A stretch of 64,000 nucleotides of DNA from an uncultured Actinomycetota bacterium. GTDB taxonomy: Bacteria; Actinomycetota; Thermoleophilia; RBG-16-64-13. The stretch's first letter is position 1, and the number at the start of each line of letters is the position of its first letter. The notes beneath the pieces were generated by a model that ran no database searches, was not told where the DNA came from, and saw only the letters and a list, made by a program, of their open reading frames with translations. A program made the position numbers and the translations under genes. The DNA lies in contig CAWGGI010000010.1 in NCBI GenBank assembly GCA_963822135.1, positions 385,674 through 449,673 of the forward strand, given 5' to 3'. Below are positions 48,421-64,000 of this stretch, piece after piece.

Positions 48421-49137
48421 CTACGGAGCCAGCGAGATGCGCGGGCTGTCCGCGGTGAGATAGTCGATCCGGCTGACCCCGCCGCAGAAGCGGTCGACCA
48501 ATTCCACCACCTCGCCACAGGCCGTCTCGATCTCCTGGCGCGTGACGGGTGGCAGTCCGTCCACGTTGAACTCTATAGCTGTGGTCTCGGGAAGCGTCAG
48601 CGTGTGGTTCGCCTGCCGCCAGGTCCAGCGGCGGGTGAGCACCGTGTCACCCTCCACGAAGACCACTTCACCCGGTAGAGGGTGTTCCACCTCTTCCGAC
48701 CCGAAGGCGACGAACTCCTCAGCGCCGGTGGCGAACCTCAGCTCGATGTCGCCGTTCAAGAGGTCGATGGCGTGCCCGCCCGCCGGGATGAGGTGTCGAA
48801 GGGAGATGACGTTGCCGATGTCCACCAGAGCGCTGATAGCCGGCAGTTCGTCGCCGCGCAGCGCGCGACGGGCCATCGCCTCCACCGAGGACCTGAACTC
48901 GGCGGGCTTGGCGCCAAAGGCGCGGTAGGCGTCGCGCCAGGCTTTGATGCGCGGCTCCTCGGCTATCTGCTCCAAGCTCACCCGGGCGCGCACGGAGGCC
49001 TCGGCCTCTCGAAGCATCGCTACCAGCTCGGTGGGAGAGGGGCCGTTCCTGACCTCGTGAGCCACGACGACGCCCCGGATGTATCCGGGAAAGCGGACGA
49101 ACACGTCCGGAGAGATGCTGTAGCTATAGTGCTGCAT
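48421..49137 (-). CDS. B3/B4 (PheRS-beta-like) domain protein
   Basis: FPGYIRGVVVAHEVRN.., IKAWRDAYRAFGAKPAEFRSSVEAMARR.., VDIGNVISLRHLIPAGGHAID, and TRRWTWRQ match the COG3382-type B3/4 family. Confidence 0.65.
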   Translation of the reverse strand: MQHYSYSISPDVFVRFPGYIRGVVVAHEVRNGPSPTELVAMLREAEASVRARVSLEQIAEEPRIKAWRDAYRAFGAKPAEFRSSVEAMARRALRGDELPAISALVDIGNVISLRHLIPAGGHAIDLLNGDIELRFATGAEEFVAFGSEEVEHPLPGEVVFVEGDTVLTRRWTWRQANHTLTLPETTAIEFNVDGLPPVTRQEIETACGEVVELVDRFCGGVSRIDYLTADSPRISLAP

Positions 49138-49263
49138 GGCTGGGCCTCAGTCTTCACTCAGATGTATTGCCGCATCGGTGCGCCGAGTCGCCGCACCGAC
49201 CTCGATTCTACCGGATAACCTAGGCTATCCTCGTCACGTGAGCTCGCAGGGAAGGGAGTAGGG

Positions 49264-50577
49264 ATGCGCATCGAGGTACCCTGGAGTACGGGCAGCACGG
49301 TCGTGGAGGTGGACGAGCGCCGGGTGGCCGGCGTGCTGGGCGCCAACGTGGAGACGGCGGTCGATCCGGAAGGGGTGCTGCGCACGGCGCTCGCCGGAGA
49401 GGCGCGGACGGGACCGGCTAACGGGGCATCCGGGGAGGGCCTCGAGGGATTCCTGAGCGTGGCGCGATCGCCGCTGCTGGTGGTGGTCAACGACGCGACC
49501 CGTCCCACCCCCTCGGCGGACGTTCTCAGGGTCCTACGCCCCGGGCTCGAACGATGGCTGGGGGGCGGCCGCGATCGCGTCCTCTCCTTCGCTGTGGCCA
49601 CGGGCACCCACCGGGCAGCGCTTCCCCAGGAGTTGGAGCGTATCTTCGGGGCCGACTTCCTCGCCGCCCACAGCCGGCGCGTGATCTCTCATGACGCGAA
49701 GGACGGCTCTCGACTCGTCACCCTCGGGCGGACGCGGCGGGGCACCGAGATCCGAGTGAACGCGTTGTTGGCGGAAGCTGGAAGCGTGATCCTGATCAAC
49801 TCGGTGGAGCCTCATTACTTCGCAGGCTACACGGGAGGCCGCAAGTCCCTCTTCCCGGGGCTGGCCGGATACGACACCGTCTGGGCCAACCATGCCTTGT
49901 CCATGAAGCCCGGCTCCGAAAGCCTTGCGCTCACGGGCAACCCCGTCCACGAAGACCTGGAGGATGCGCTCACCGTGGGCGTCGCCGGCCGGCAGGTCTA
50001 CTCCATCCAACTGGTCCTGGACAAGGAGCACCGGATCGGCTTCGCGGCGGCGGGCGCTTTGGACGAGACCTTCCGCCGTGCGGTGGAGGTGGCCGACCGC
50101 CAGTTCGTGCTCGACATCGCCCGGCGCTGCGAGGTGGTGGTCGCGGCTGCGCCGCACCCGATGGACTGCAATTTCTACCAGACCAACAAGGCCATCCAGA
50201 GCGGAGCGCTCGCCGTCAGGGACGGGGGCATCCTCATCGTGGTGTCGGAATGCCCCTTCGGCCTGGGGGAGAACCAGACCCTCTACGACATGCTCGCGGC
50301 CGCCGATTCACCGGCCCAGGCTCTTGAGCGCGCGGACCTGGAGGAGTACCGGCTGGGGGTCCAGCAGGCCACCCGCGTCGCGGGCATCCTGCAGCGCGCG
50401 CAGATCTGGGCGGTCACGGCACTGCCCGCGGCGCAGATCGAGGCCATGTTCATGAGACCGTTCGCCACCCTGCAGGCCGCGGTGGATGCTGCCCTTGCCG
50501 CCCAGGGCTCCGGGGCGCAGGTCCTCTTCCTGCAGGAGGCCAGCATCACCGTGCCCCGGCCGAGAAGCGTCGGGTAG
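49264..50577 (+). CDS. LarA-like (nickel-pincer lactate racemase family / DUF2088) protein
   Basis: VVVNDATRPTP, ATGTHR, NSVEPHYFAGYTGGRKSLFPG and GNPVHED are LarA N-domain hallmarks. Confidence 0.7.
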   Translation: MRIEVPWSTGSTVVEVDERRVAGVLGANVETAVDPEGVLRTALAGEARTGPANGASGEGLEGFLSVARSPLLVVVNDATRPTPSADVLRVLRPGLERWLGGGRDRVLSFAVATGTHRAALPQELERIFGADFLAAHSRRVISHDAKDGSRLVTLGRTRRGTEIRVNALLAEAGSVILINSVEPHYFAGYTGGRKSLFPGLAGYDTVWANHALSMKPGSESLALTGNPVHEDLEDALTVGVAGRQVYSIQLVLDKEHRIGFAAAGALDETFRRAVEVADRQFVLDIARRCEVVVAAAPHPMDCNFYQTNKAIQSGALAVRDGGILIVVSECPFGLGENQTLYDMLAAADSPAQALERADLEEYRLGVQQATRVAGILQRAQIWAVTALPAAQIEAMFMRPFATLQAAVDAALAAQGSGAQVLFLQEASITVPRPRSVG

Positions 50578-50659
50578 AGGCGTCCGTCGGGGCGGTCGGC
50601 AGCGCCGGCCCGCCCCAGACCGCCGGGCAGTCCGCGGCCGCGCAGCCGGCCCGCGCGCG

Positions 50660-51082
50660 TCAGCTCTCGACCATGTGGAAGGTGGCGGTGATCGGTGTCC
50701 CGGTCTTGAGCATCGCCCACACGGGGCAGAGCTGCCCCTCGGCGATCGCGAGCGCCTGGGCGACGCGATCGGCGTCCAGTCCCGCGCCGGCCACCCCGAA
50801 CTCCAGCGCGATGGACGTCAATACGGTGGGGTGCTCTTCGCGTCGCGTGCCCTTGGCCTCGACGGTCATGGCCGCCAGAGGCTGCTTCATGCGCTCGAGC
50901 ACCAGCGCAACGGTGCTTCCCGCGCATACCGCCAGACTGGTGAGGAGCATCTCCAAGGGAGTGGGACCGGCGGTGGCCCCCGGTCCGAGCGGATAGTCCA
51001 GGCACACGCTGTGCTGGCCGGTGCTGGCGGTGAAGCACATGCCGGTCTCCCGGACTGCGCGGACGGATAGCTCTGTGGGCAT
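50660..51082 (-). CDS. OsmC/Ohr-family protein
   Basis: GPTPLEMLLTSLAVCAG..(second Cys) AEGQLCPVWAML. Confidence 0.75.
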   Translation of the reverse strand: MPTELSVRAVRETGMCFTASTGQHSVCLDYPLGPGATAGPTPLEMLLTSLAVCAGSTVALVLERMKQPLAAMTVEAKGTRREEHPTVLTSIALEFGVAGAGLDADRVAQALAIAEGQLCPVWAMLKTGTPITATFHMVES

Positions 51083-51172
51083 CTGGACCTCCACGTCGAG
51101 GGGATCGGGACTGTCACATCATAGGCGTGGTCCCCGACGGCGTCGAGACGGTCGCGGGGTCTCTGGTGTTTC

Positions 51173-51201
51173 TTGAAATGCCCTAGTGTGTTGGGTATCA
51201 T
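51173..51201 (+). promoter_or_regulatory. sigma-70-like promoter candidate for the tRNA cluster
   Basis: TTGAAA (51173-51178), 17 nt, TATCAT (51196-51201), about 34 nt before tRNA-Tyr. Confidence 0.55.
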
Positions 51202-51234
51202 GCCTTTTCGCCTCCGCGTGGGGTTGTCGCGCGT

Positions 51235-51319
<85 letters not shown>

Positions 51320-51374
51320 CCATCCAGCGGAGTGCGGTAGTCGGCGCAGCCGTAGCGGCGGCCGGCTCGAGCGG

Positions 51375-51450
51375 GCCTCCATAGCTCAGTTGGCAGAGCA
51401 CTTCCATGGTAAGGAAGGGGTCTTCGGTTCAAATCCGAATGGGGGCTCCA
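51375..51450 (+). tRNA. tRNA-Thr (GGT), CCA encoded
   Basis: Acceptor GCCTCCA/TGGGGGC, D-arm GCTC-AGTTGGCA-GAGC, anticodon loop ATGGTAA, T-arm TTCGG-TTCAAAT-CCGAA. Confidence 0.9.
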
Positions 51451-51479
51451 TGAGGAACCCGACAGACGGGTCCAGAGGG

Positions 51480-51553
51480 GGCGGCGTAGCTCAGCTGGTC
51501 AGAGCAGCGGAATCATAATCCGCGTGTCAGAGGTTCGAGTCCTCTCGCCGCTA
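51480..51553 (+). tRNA. tRNA-Met (CAT), probably elongator; CCA not fully encoded
   Basis: Acceptor GGCGGCG/CGCCGCT, anticodon stem-loop GCGGA-ATCATAA-TCCGC, T-arm AGAGG-TTCGAGT-CCTCT. It lacks the three G-C pairs of initiator anticodon stems. Confidence 0.85.
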
Positions 51554-51607
51554 CCTGCGTTTGTGGTAGCATGCACGGGCATTAAATGACTAGGGAGCGG
51601 TGAAGCA

Positions 51608-51757
51608 ATGCGGGTACGGGTGACGATGGCTTGCCAAGAATGCAAGCGCCGTAACTACACCACCATGAAGAACAAGCGCAACGATCCCGAACGGATCGAG
51701 CTGCGCAAGTACTGCAAGTGGTGCGACACGGTCACGGTCCACAAAGAGACCAAGTAG
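51608..51757 (+). CDS. rpmG: 50S ribosomal protein L33 (below the 60-aa cutoff of the ORF track)
   Basis: Own translation: [49 protein letters not shown], with a CxxC..CxxC zinc ribbon. RBS GGGAG. Confidence 0.9.
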   Translation: MRVRVTMACQECKRRNYTTMKNKRNDPERIELRKYCKWCDTVTVHKETK

Positions 51758-51784
51758 TCCGGTAGCGGAAGGCTGGATAGGCGA

Positions 51785-51859
51785 AGGGCAGTAGCTCAAC
51801 GGTAGAGCGCCGGTCTCCAAAACCGGATGCCGGGGGTTCGAATCCCTCCTGCCCTGCCA
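51785..51859 (+). tRNA. tRNA-Trp (CCA)
   Basis: Acceptor AGGGCAG/CTGCCCT, anticodon stem-loop CCGGT-CTCCAAA-ACCGG, T-loop TTCGAAT, 3' CCA encoded. Confidence 0.9.
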
Positions 51860-51886
51860 CTTCTTCCTAGGTAGCGAGAAAAGGCG

Positions 51887-52298
51887 ATGGCGAAGAGCGT
51901 CAACGACAAGACGGTAAGCAGCAAGGCTCCAGCGGCCACGGCAAGGCCCCGGCGAAGAATCGCCGGCGGTCTCAAGAACCCGTTCTCGCGATCCTCGTCC
52001 GGCGCCTCCTCCAAGCAGACCTCCGGGCCCGCGCGGGACGGTGGCCACCAAGCCGCACGGCCGCATGCGCACCTTCTTCCGCGAAGTGCGCATCGAGATG
52101 AGGAAGGTCACCTGGCCGCCGCGCAAGGAGCTGATCAAGTCCACCGGGGTGGTCATCGTCGCTGTCATCATCGCCGCCGTGTTCATCGGCGTGTTCGACT
52201 TCATCTGGAACCTCGTCGTCCAAGTCGGTGAATTTGGGGTAGTTGTGACCGAACCTGACAACCAGCACGGCGATCCATGGATGCCAAGTGGTACGTGA
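51887..52298 (+). CDS. secE: preprotein translocase subunit SecE; frame change near 52035, 3' end uncertain
   Basis: Long basic N-terminal tail, then [45 protein letters not shown] (ORF 52041). Conserved position before nusG. Confidence 0.8.
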
Positions 52299-52801
52299 TC
52301 AACACGTACTCGGGCCACGAGAACAAGGCGCGGACCAATCTGGAGCACCGCATCCAATCGATGAACCAGGCCCAGTACTTCGAGGACATCGTCGTGCCCA
52401 CCGAGCAGGTGGTGGAGACCAAGGGCGGCGAGAAGGTCCAGCTGGAGAAGCGCATCTTCCCCGGCTATCTGCTGGTCAAGATGATCCTCACCGACGATTC
52501 CTGGTCGCTGGTCAAGAACACCCCGGGCGTCACCGGGTTCGTGGGCTCCGAGAACAAGCCCACCCCGCTCATGCCGTCGGAGGTGGATCGCATCCTGCAC
52601 ACCACCACGGTGGAGAAGCCCAAGGCCAAGGCGGAGTTCGTCATGGGCGACCAGGTGCGGGTGGTCAACGGGCCGCTCACCGACTTCACCGGCGAGGTGT
52701 CCGAGGTCAACATCGAGCAGAGCAAGCTCAAGGTGATGGTGTCCATCTTCGGGCGGGACACACCGACCGAGCTGGGTTTCGAGCAGGTCAAGAAGATCTA
52801 G
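52277..52801 (+). CDS. nusG: transcription termination/antitermination factor NusG
   Basis: Intact. [35 protein letters not shown] region [18 protein letters not shown]. Confidence 0.95.
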   Translation: MDAKWYVINTYSGHENKARTNLEHRIQSMNQAQYFEDIVVPTEQVVETKGGEKVQLEKRIFPGYLLVKMILTDDSWSLVKNTPGVTGFVGSENKPTPLMPSEVDRILHTTTVEKPKAKAEFVMGDQVRVVNGPLTDFTGEVSEVNIEQSKLKVMVSIFGRDTPTELGFEQVKKI

Positions 52802-52860
52802 GTCAGGTCCGGCCGGGCACCGGTCGGGGCTGGAGATCCGGGCAGAGACGGAGAAACAAG

Positions 52861-53286
52861 GTGGCTAAGAAGGTACGGGCGATAGTCAAGCTGCAGATCG
52901 TGGGGGGCAAGGCGACCCCGGCTCCTCCGGTCGGCCCTGCGCTGGGTCAGCACGGCGTGAACATCATGGAGTTCTGCAAGGCCTACAACGCGGCCACCCA
53001 GGACAGGGTCGACCAGGTGGTCCCGGTCGAGATCACCGTCTTCGAAGACCGCTCGTTCACGTTCGTCCTCAAGACCGCGCCGGCCGCCGTCCTCATCCGT
53101 CAGGCCGCCGGCATCGACAAGGGCACCGGCAATCCCCGCAAGGAGAAAGTGGGCAAGATCACCAAGGACCAACTGCGCCAGATCGCCGAGACCAAGATGC
53201 CCGACCTCAACGCCCACGACATCGACGCCGCGATGAACATCATGGCCGGCACGGCGCGCAGCATGGGGGTCACGGTAGTAGACTGA
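52861..53286 (+). CDS. rplK: 50S ribosomal protein L11
   Basis: GTG start. [34 protein letters not shown]. Confidence 0.95.
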   Translation: MAKKVRAIVKLQIVGGKATPAPPVGPALGQHGVNIMEFCKAYNAATQDRVDQVVPVEITVFEDRSFTFVLKTAPAAVLIRQAAGIDKGTGNPRKEKVGKITKDQLRQIAETKMPDLNAHDIDAAMNIMAGTARSMGVTVVD

Positions 53287-53422
53287 CAGTGGTAATAGCC
53301 GCGCCGACGGGTCACAGCGCCCCTCAGCGCGGGTGAAAATGCCCGGGCGGACGGCTCAGTCCGCCAATGGGCCGGAAGGTGGGAGGGCCGGGTGGCCCGT
53401 TTGACCACCAGGAGGTAAGAAG

Positions 53423-54134
53423 ATGAGCAAGGATTCCAAGCGCTTCCAGGAAGCGAAGAAGGCCGTCGAGCCGGGCGGTCTACACGCCGCTCGAGGCGGC
53501 CAAGCTGCTCAAGAGCATGGACACCGCCAACTTCGACGAGACCGTCGAAGTCCACATCAAGCTGGGAGTCAATCCCCGTCACGCCGACCAGCAGGTGCGC
53601 GGCACGGTCATGCTGCCGCACGGCACCGGCAAGACCATGCGGGTGGCCGTGTTCGCCAAGGGCGAGAAGGCCACCGAGGCCGAAGCCGCCGGCGCCGACC
53701 TGGTGGGCGCCGAAGACCTGGCCGCCCAGGTCGAGGGCGGCATGCTCGACTTCGACGCCGCCATCGCCACTCCCGACATGATGGGCGTGGTCGGCAAGCT
53801 GGGCCGGGTGCTCGGTCCCCGCGGCCTCATGCCCAACCCCAAGGCCGGCACCGTGACCTTCGACGTGGCCAAGGCCGTGCAGGACATGAAGGCCGGCAAG
53901 GTCGAGTACCGCACCGACAAGTTCGGCGTGGTGCACCTGATCGTCGGCAAGAAGTCCTTCGATGCCGAGCAGCTGGTGGCCAACTACAGCGAGGTGCTGG
54001 GCGAGATCGTCCGGGCCAAGCCGGCTGCCGCCAAGGGCAAGTACCTGCGCAGCATCACCATGACCACGCACCATGGGCCCCGGCGTCCCCCTGGACACCT
54101 CCAAGACCCGGGCGTTGCTGGAGGACGAAGCTGA
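53423..54134 (+). CDS. rplA: 50S ribosomal protein L1; frame changes near 53480 and 54065, 3' end uncertain (54134 or up to about 54232)
   Basis: [13 protein letters not shown].., [60 protein letters not shown]. Confidence 0.9.
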
Positions 54135-54194
54135 GGCTCCGGCCAGCCGCCAAGCCCCCGCGATGGCGGGGGCCGCGCCGCTCGGCCGTCCGTG

Positions 54195-54222
54195 TGGACA
54201 CCCGCCGCGTACCTGCTATAAT
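54195..54222 (+). promoter_or_regulatory. promoter candidate for rplJL
   Basis: TGGACA (54195-54200), 16 nt, TATAAT (54217-54222). Confidence 0.5.
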
Positions 54223-54425
54223 CCCCGCCGCTAAATCCGCCAGAGACAGCTGGTGCCGCCACGGCGGCAGAAGCGGGAGGCTCGGGGCTCGCTCGAGGGC
54301 AGCCTGCGACCGGCCCGCCAGCCGAGGCAGAGTGTGACCGACATAGCGGCCGCAAGGCATGCAGTGTCATCGTCCGCCTCTGCTATCGGAGGTGGACGAT
54401 TTTCGTTTGAAGGAGGTGACACAGA
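54223..54425 (+). promoter_or_regulatory. rplJ 5' leader (ribosomal-protein L10 leader type) ending in an attenuator hairpin
   Basis: A roughly 200-nt GC-rich untranslated leader between the promoter candidate and the rplJ RBS GAAGGAGG. See the hairpin at 54370-54408. Confidence 0.5.
54370..54408 (+). terminator. intrinsic terminator/attenuator just upstream of the rplJ RBS
   Basis: TCGTCCGCCTC-(8-nt loop)-GAGGTGGACGA (11-bp stem, one G-U pair) followed by TTTTCGTTT. Confidence 0.6.
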
Positions 54426-55025
54426 ATGCCAAGACCGGACAAGATCGAAGCGGTAGCGGAGATCACCGCCGATCTCAAGGCGGCCGACGTCTACTACTTC
54501 GTCGACTACCGGGGCTCACGTTCGCCGAGTCCACCGAACTGCGCAAGCGCCTGCGCAAGGTCGACGCCGATCTCAAGGTGGTGAAGAACACCCTTGGCAA
54601 GATCGCCGCCGCCAACGCCGGCGTGGAGGGTCTGGACGAACTGCTGGCGGGCCCCACGGCCATCGCCTACGTGCATGGCGACCCGGCCAGGACGGCCAAG
54701 ACCATCCAGGACTTCATCCGGGAGAAGAAGAAGGCCGCCATCCGCGGTGGCAAGCTGCAGCGCTCCATGCTGAGCGCCGCTCAGGTCGAGAAGCCTGGCC
54801 ACGCTGCCCAGCCGCGAGCAGCTCATCGCCCAGTTGGTGGGCACCATCGCCGCGCCGCTCACAGGCCTGGTCACCGTCCTCAACGGTCCCATCCGTGGAT
54901 TGGTCGTGGTCCTGGGGCAGGTGCAGGACAAGAACGCCGCTAGCGGCCGCGTCGAGCCGTCGCAGGCTGATGCCCAGCGGCAGACGGCGCCTGACCGGCG
55001 GGTAGCTCAGCCGGATGTTGCGTAG
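54426..55025 (+). CDS. rplJ: 50S ribosomal protein L10; frame changes near 54510 and 54795, 3' end uncertain
   Basis: Own translation MPRPDKIEAVAEITADLKAADVYYFVDYRG, then LTFAESTELRKRLRKVDADLKVVKNTL.. (ORF 54359), then LIAQLVGTIAAPLTGLVTVLNGP.. (ORF 54834). Confidence 0.85.
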
Positions 55026-55048
55026 CAGAGGTGACTAAGGAGTGAAAG

Positions 55049-55430
55049 GTGACCCCGCAGGAACTCATCGAAGAGATCAAGAAGATGACGGTCATGGAGC
55101 TTGTCGCAGCTCGTCAAGGCCCTGGAAGAGGAGTTCGGCGTGAGCGCCGCCATGCCGATGGCTGTGGCCGCCGCTCCGGCCGCCGGTGCGGGCCCGGCTG
55201 CAGCCGAGGAAGAAGAGCAGACGGAGTTCGACGTCATCCTCAAGGCTGCCGGCGAGAAGAAGATCAACGTCATCAAGGTGGTGCGTGCTCTCACCGGCCT
55301 GGGCCTGAAAGAAGCCAAGGACCTGGTCGACGGTGCTCCCAACCCGGTCAAGCAGGCTATCACCAAGGCCGAGGCCGAAGACATCAAGAAGCAACTCGAA
55401 GAAGCCGGCGCGGAAGTCGAGGTCAAGTAG
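55049..55430 (+). CDS. rplL: 50S ribosomal protein L7/L12; frame change near 55100
   Basis: [18 protein letters not shown] / [16 protein letters not shown].., [27 protein letters not shown]. Confidence 0.9.
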
Positions 55431-55573
55431 CAGTGACGCCGGCGTCGGCGGCGCTGTAGCCGCCCGGCCGACTGAGTGCGCGAGCCCGGCCGCGGTGTTC
55501 GAAATATACTGTCCGGGACCGGGCTTGCCGCGCATGAGTGCCGTGATAAATGCAAGTTTGCGCGTTGACCCCT

Positions 55574-63690
<8,117 letters not shown>

Positions 63691-63785
63691 GGCCGAAGAC
63701 GGCTCTGCTGGGCGGCGACCAGTCCGAGCAGGCGATCACGTCGACTCCGGCGAGTCGAGAGAGATACACGTGCGCTGCGGGCTTC

Positions 63786-63814
63786 TTGCAGGCCTCCAGG
63801 GGCTTTGCTATACT
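63786..63814 (+). promoter_or_regulatory. promoter candidate for the rpsL (str) operon
   Basis: TTGCAG (63786-63791), 17 nt, TATACT (63809-63814), about 97 nt before the rpsL start. Confidence 0.45.
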
Positions 63815-63911
63815 TCGCGGCCGCTGCGCGGCTCCAGGTGCGTCTGAATGCGCCGTTGCGCGGCGCTCAGCGTTAGTCGAGTCGTAACAAGCTGAGTAGA
63901 CGAGGAGTACG

Positions 63912-64000
63912 TGTGCCAACGATCAACCAGTTGATCCGCAAGGGCCGGCAGGAGCAGTCCAAGAGGACCAAGACCCCTGCTCTCAAGGGCGCGCCGCAGA
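63912..64000 (+). CDS. rpsL: 30S ribosomal protein S12, 5' part (runs off the window)
   Basis: RBS GAGGAG, GTG start. Own translation [29 protein letters not shown]. Confidence 0.9.

Overview
High-GC bacterial chromosomal segment. The right end (51.2-64 kb) is the conserved block tRNA-Tyr/Thr/Met, rpmG, tRNA-Trp, secE, nusG, rplK-rplA, rplJ-rplL, rpoB-rpoC, rpsL, in the order I associate with Actinobacteria. The left 51 kb is a dense, anaerobe-style catabolic region. It holds two paralogous ADP-forming acyl-CoA synthetases, indolepyruvate:ferredoxin oxidoreductase (iorAB) and an aldehyde:ferredoxin oxidoreductase (AOR). It also holds three DMSO-reductase-superfamily Mo/W enzymes: one FeS / NrfD-type anchor / catalytic set with no Tat signals, and two pyrogallol-hydroxytransferase-like alpha/beta pairs placed back-to-back around an IclR regulator. 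The rest comprises two complete Liv-type ABC importers, an alanine dehydrogenase / class-III aminotransferase / MoaF-like module, thiolase plus sucCD, and GntR/IclR/TetR regulators. I saw no CRISPR array, transposase, integrase or phage genes. More than 50 single-base frame changes break otherwise clearly homologous genes, including rpoB, rpoC, rplA, rplJ, rplL and secE. I read them as consensus/assembly indels, not decay, so many CDS coordinates are gene extents rather than clean ORFs. Best leads: (1) the IclR-linked trio of Mo/W enzymes, which share a 12-nt motif in both IclR divergent intergenic regions; (2) a Tat-less but membrane-anchored FeS-anchor-catalytic enzyme next to AOR; (3) an RpoA alpha-CTD-like helix-hairpin-helix domain at the 3' end of rpoC; (4) three catabolic promoters sharing a CCTTG..GGTTCAA element; (5) the strongly insertion-biased, unevenly distributed frame changes.
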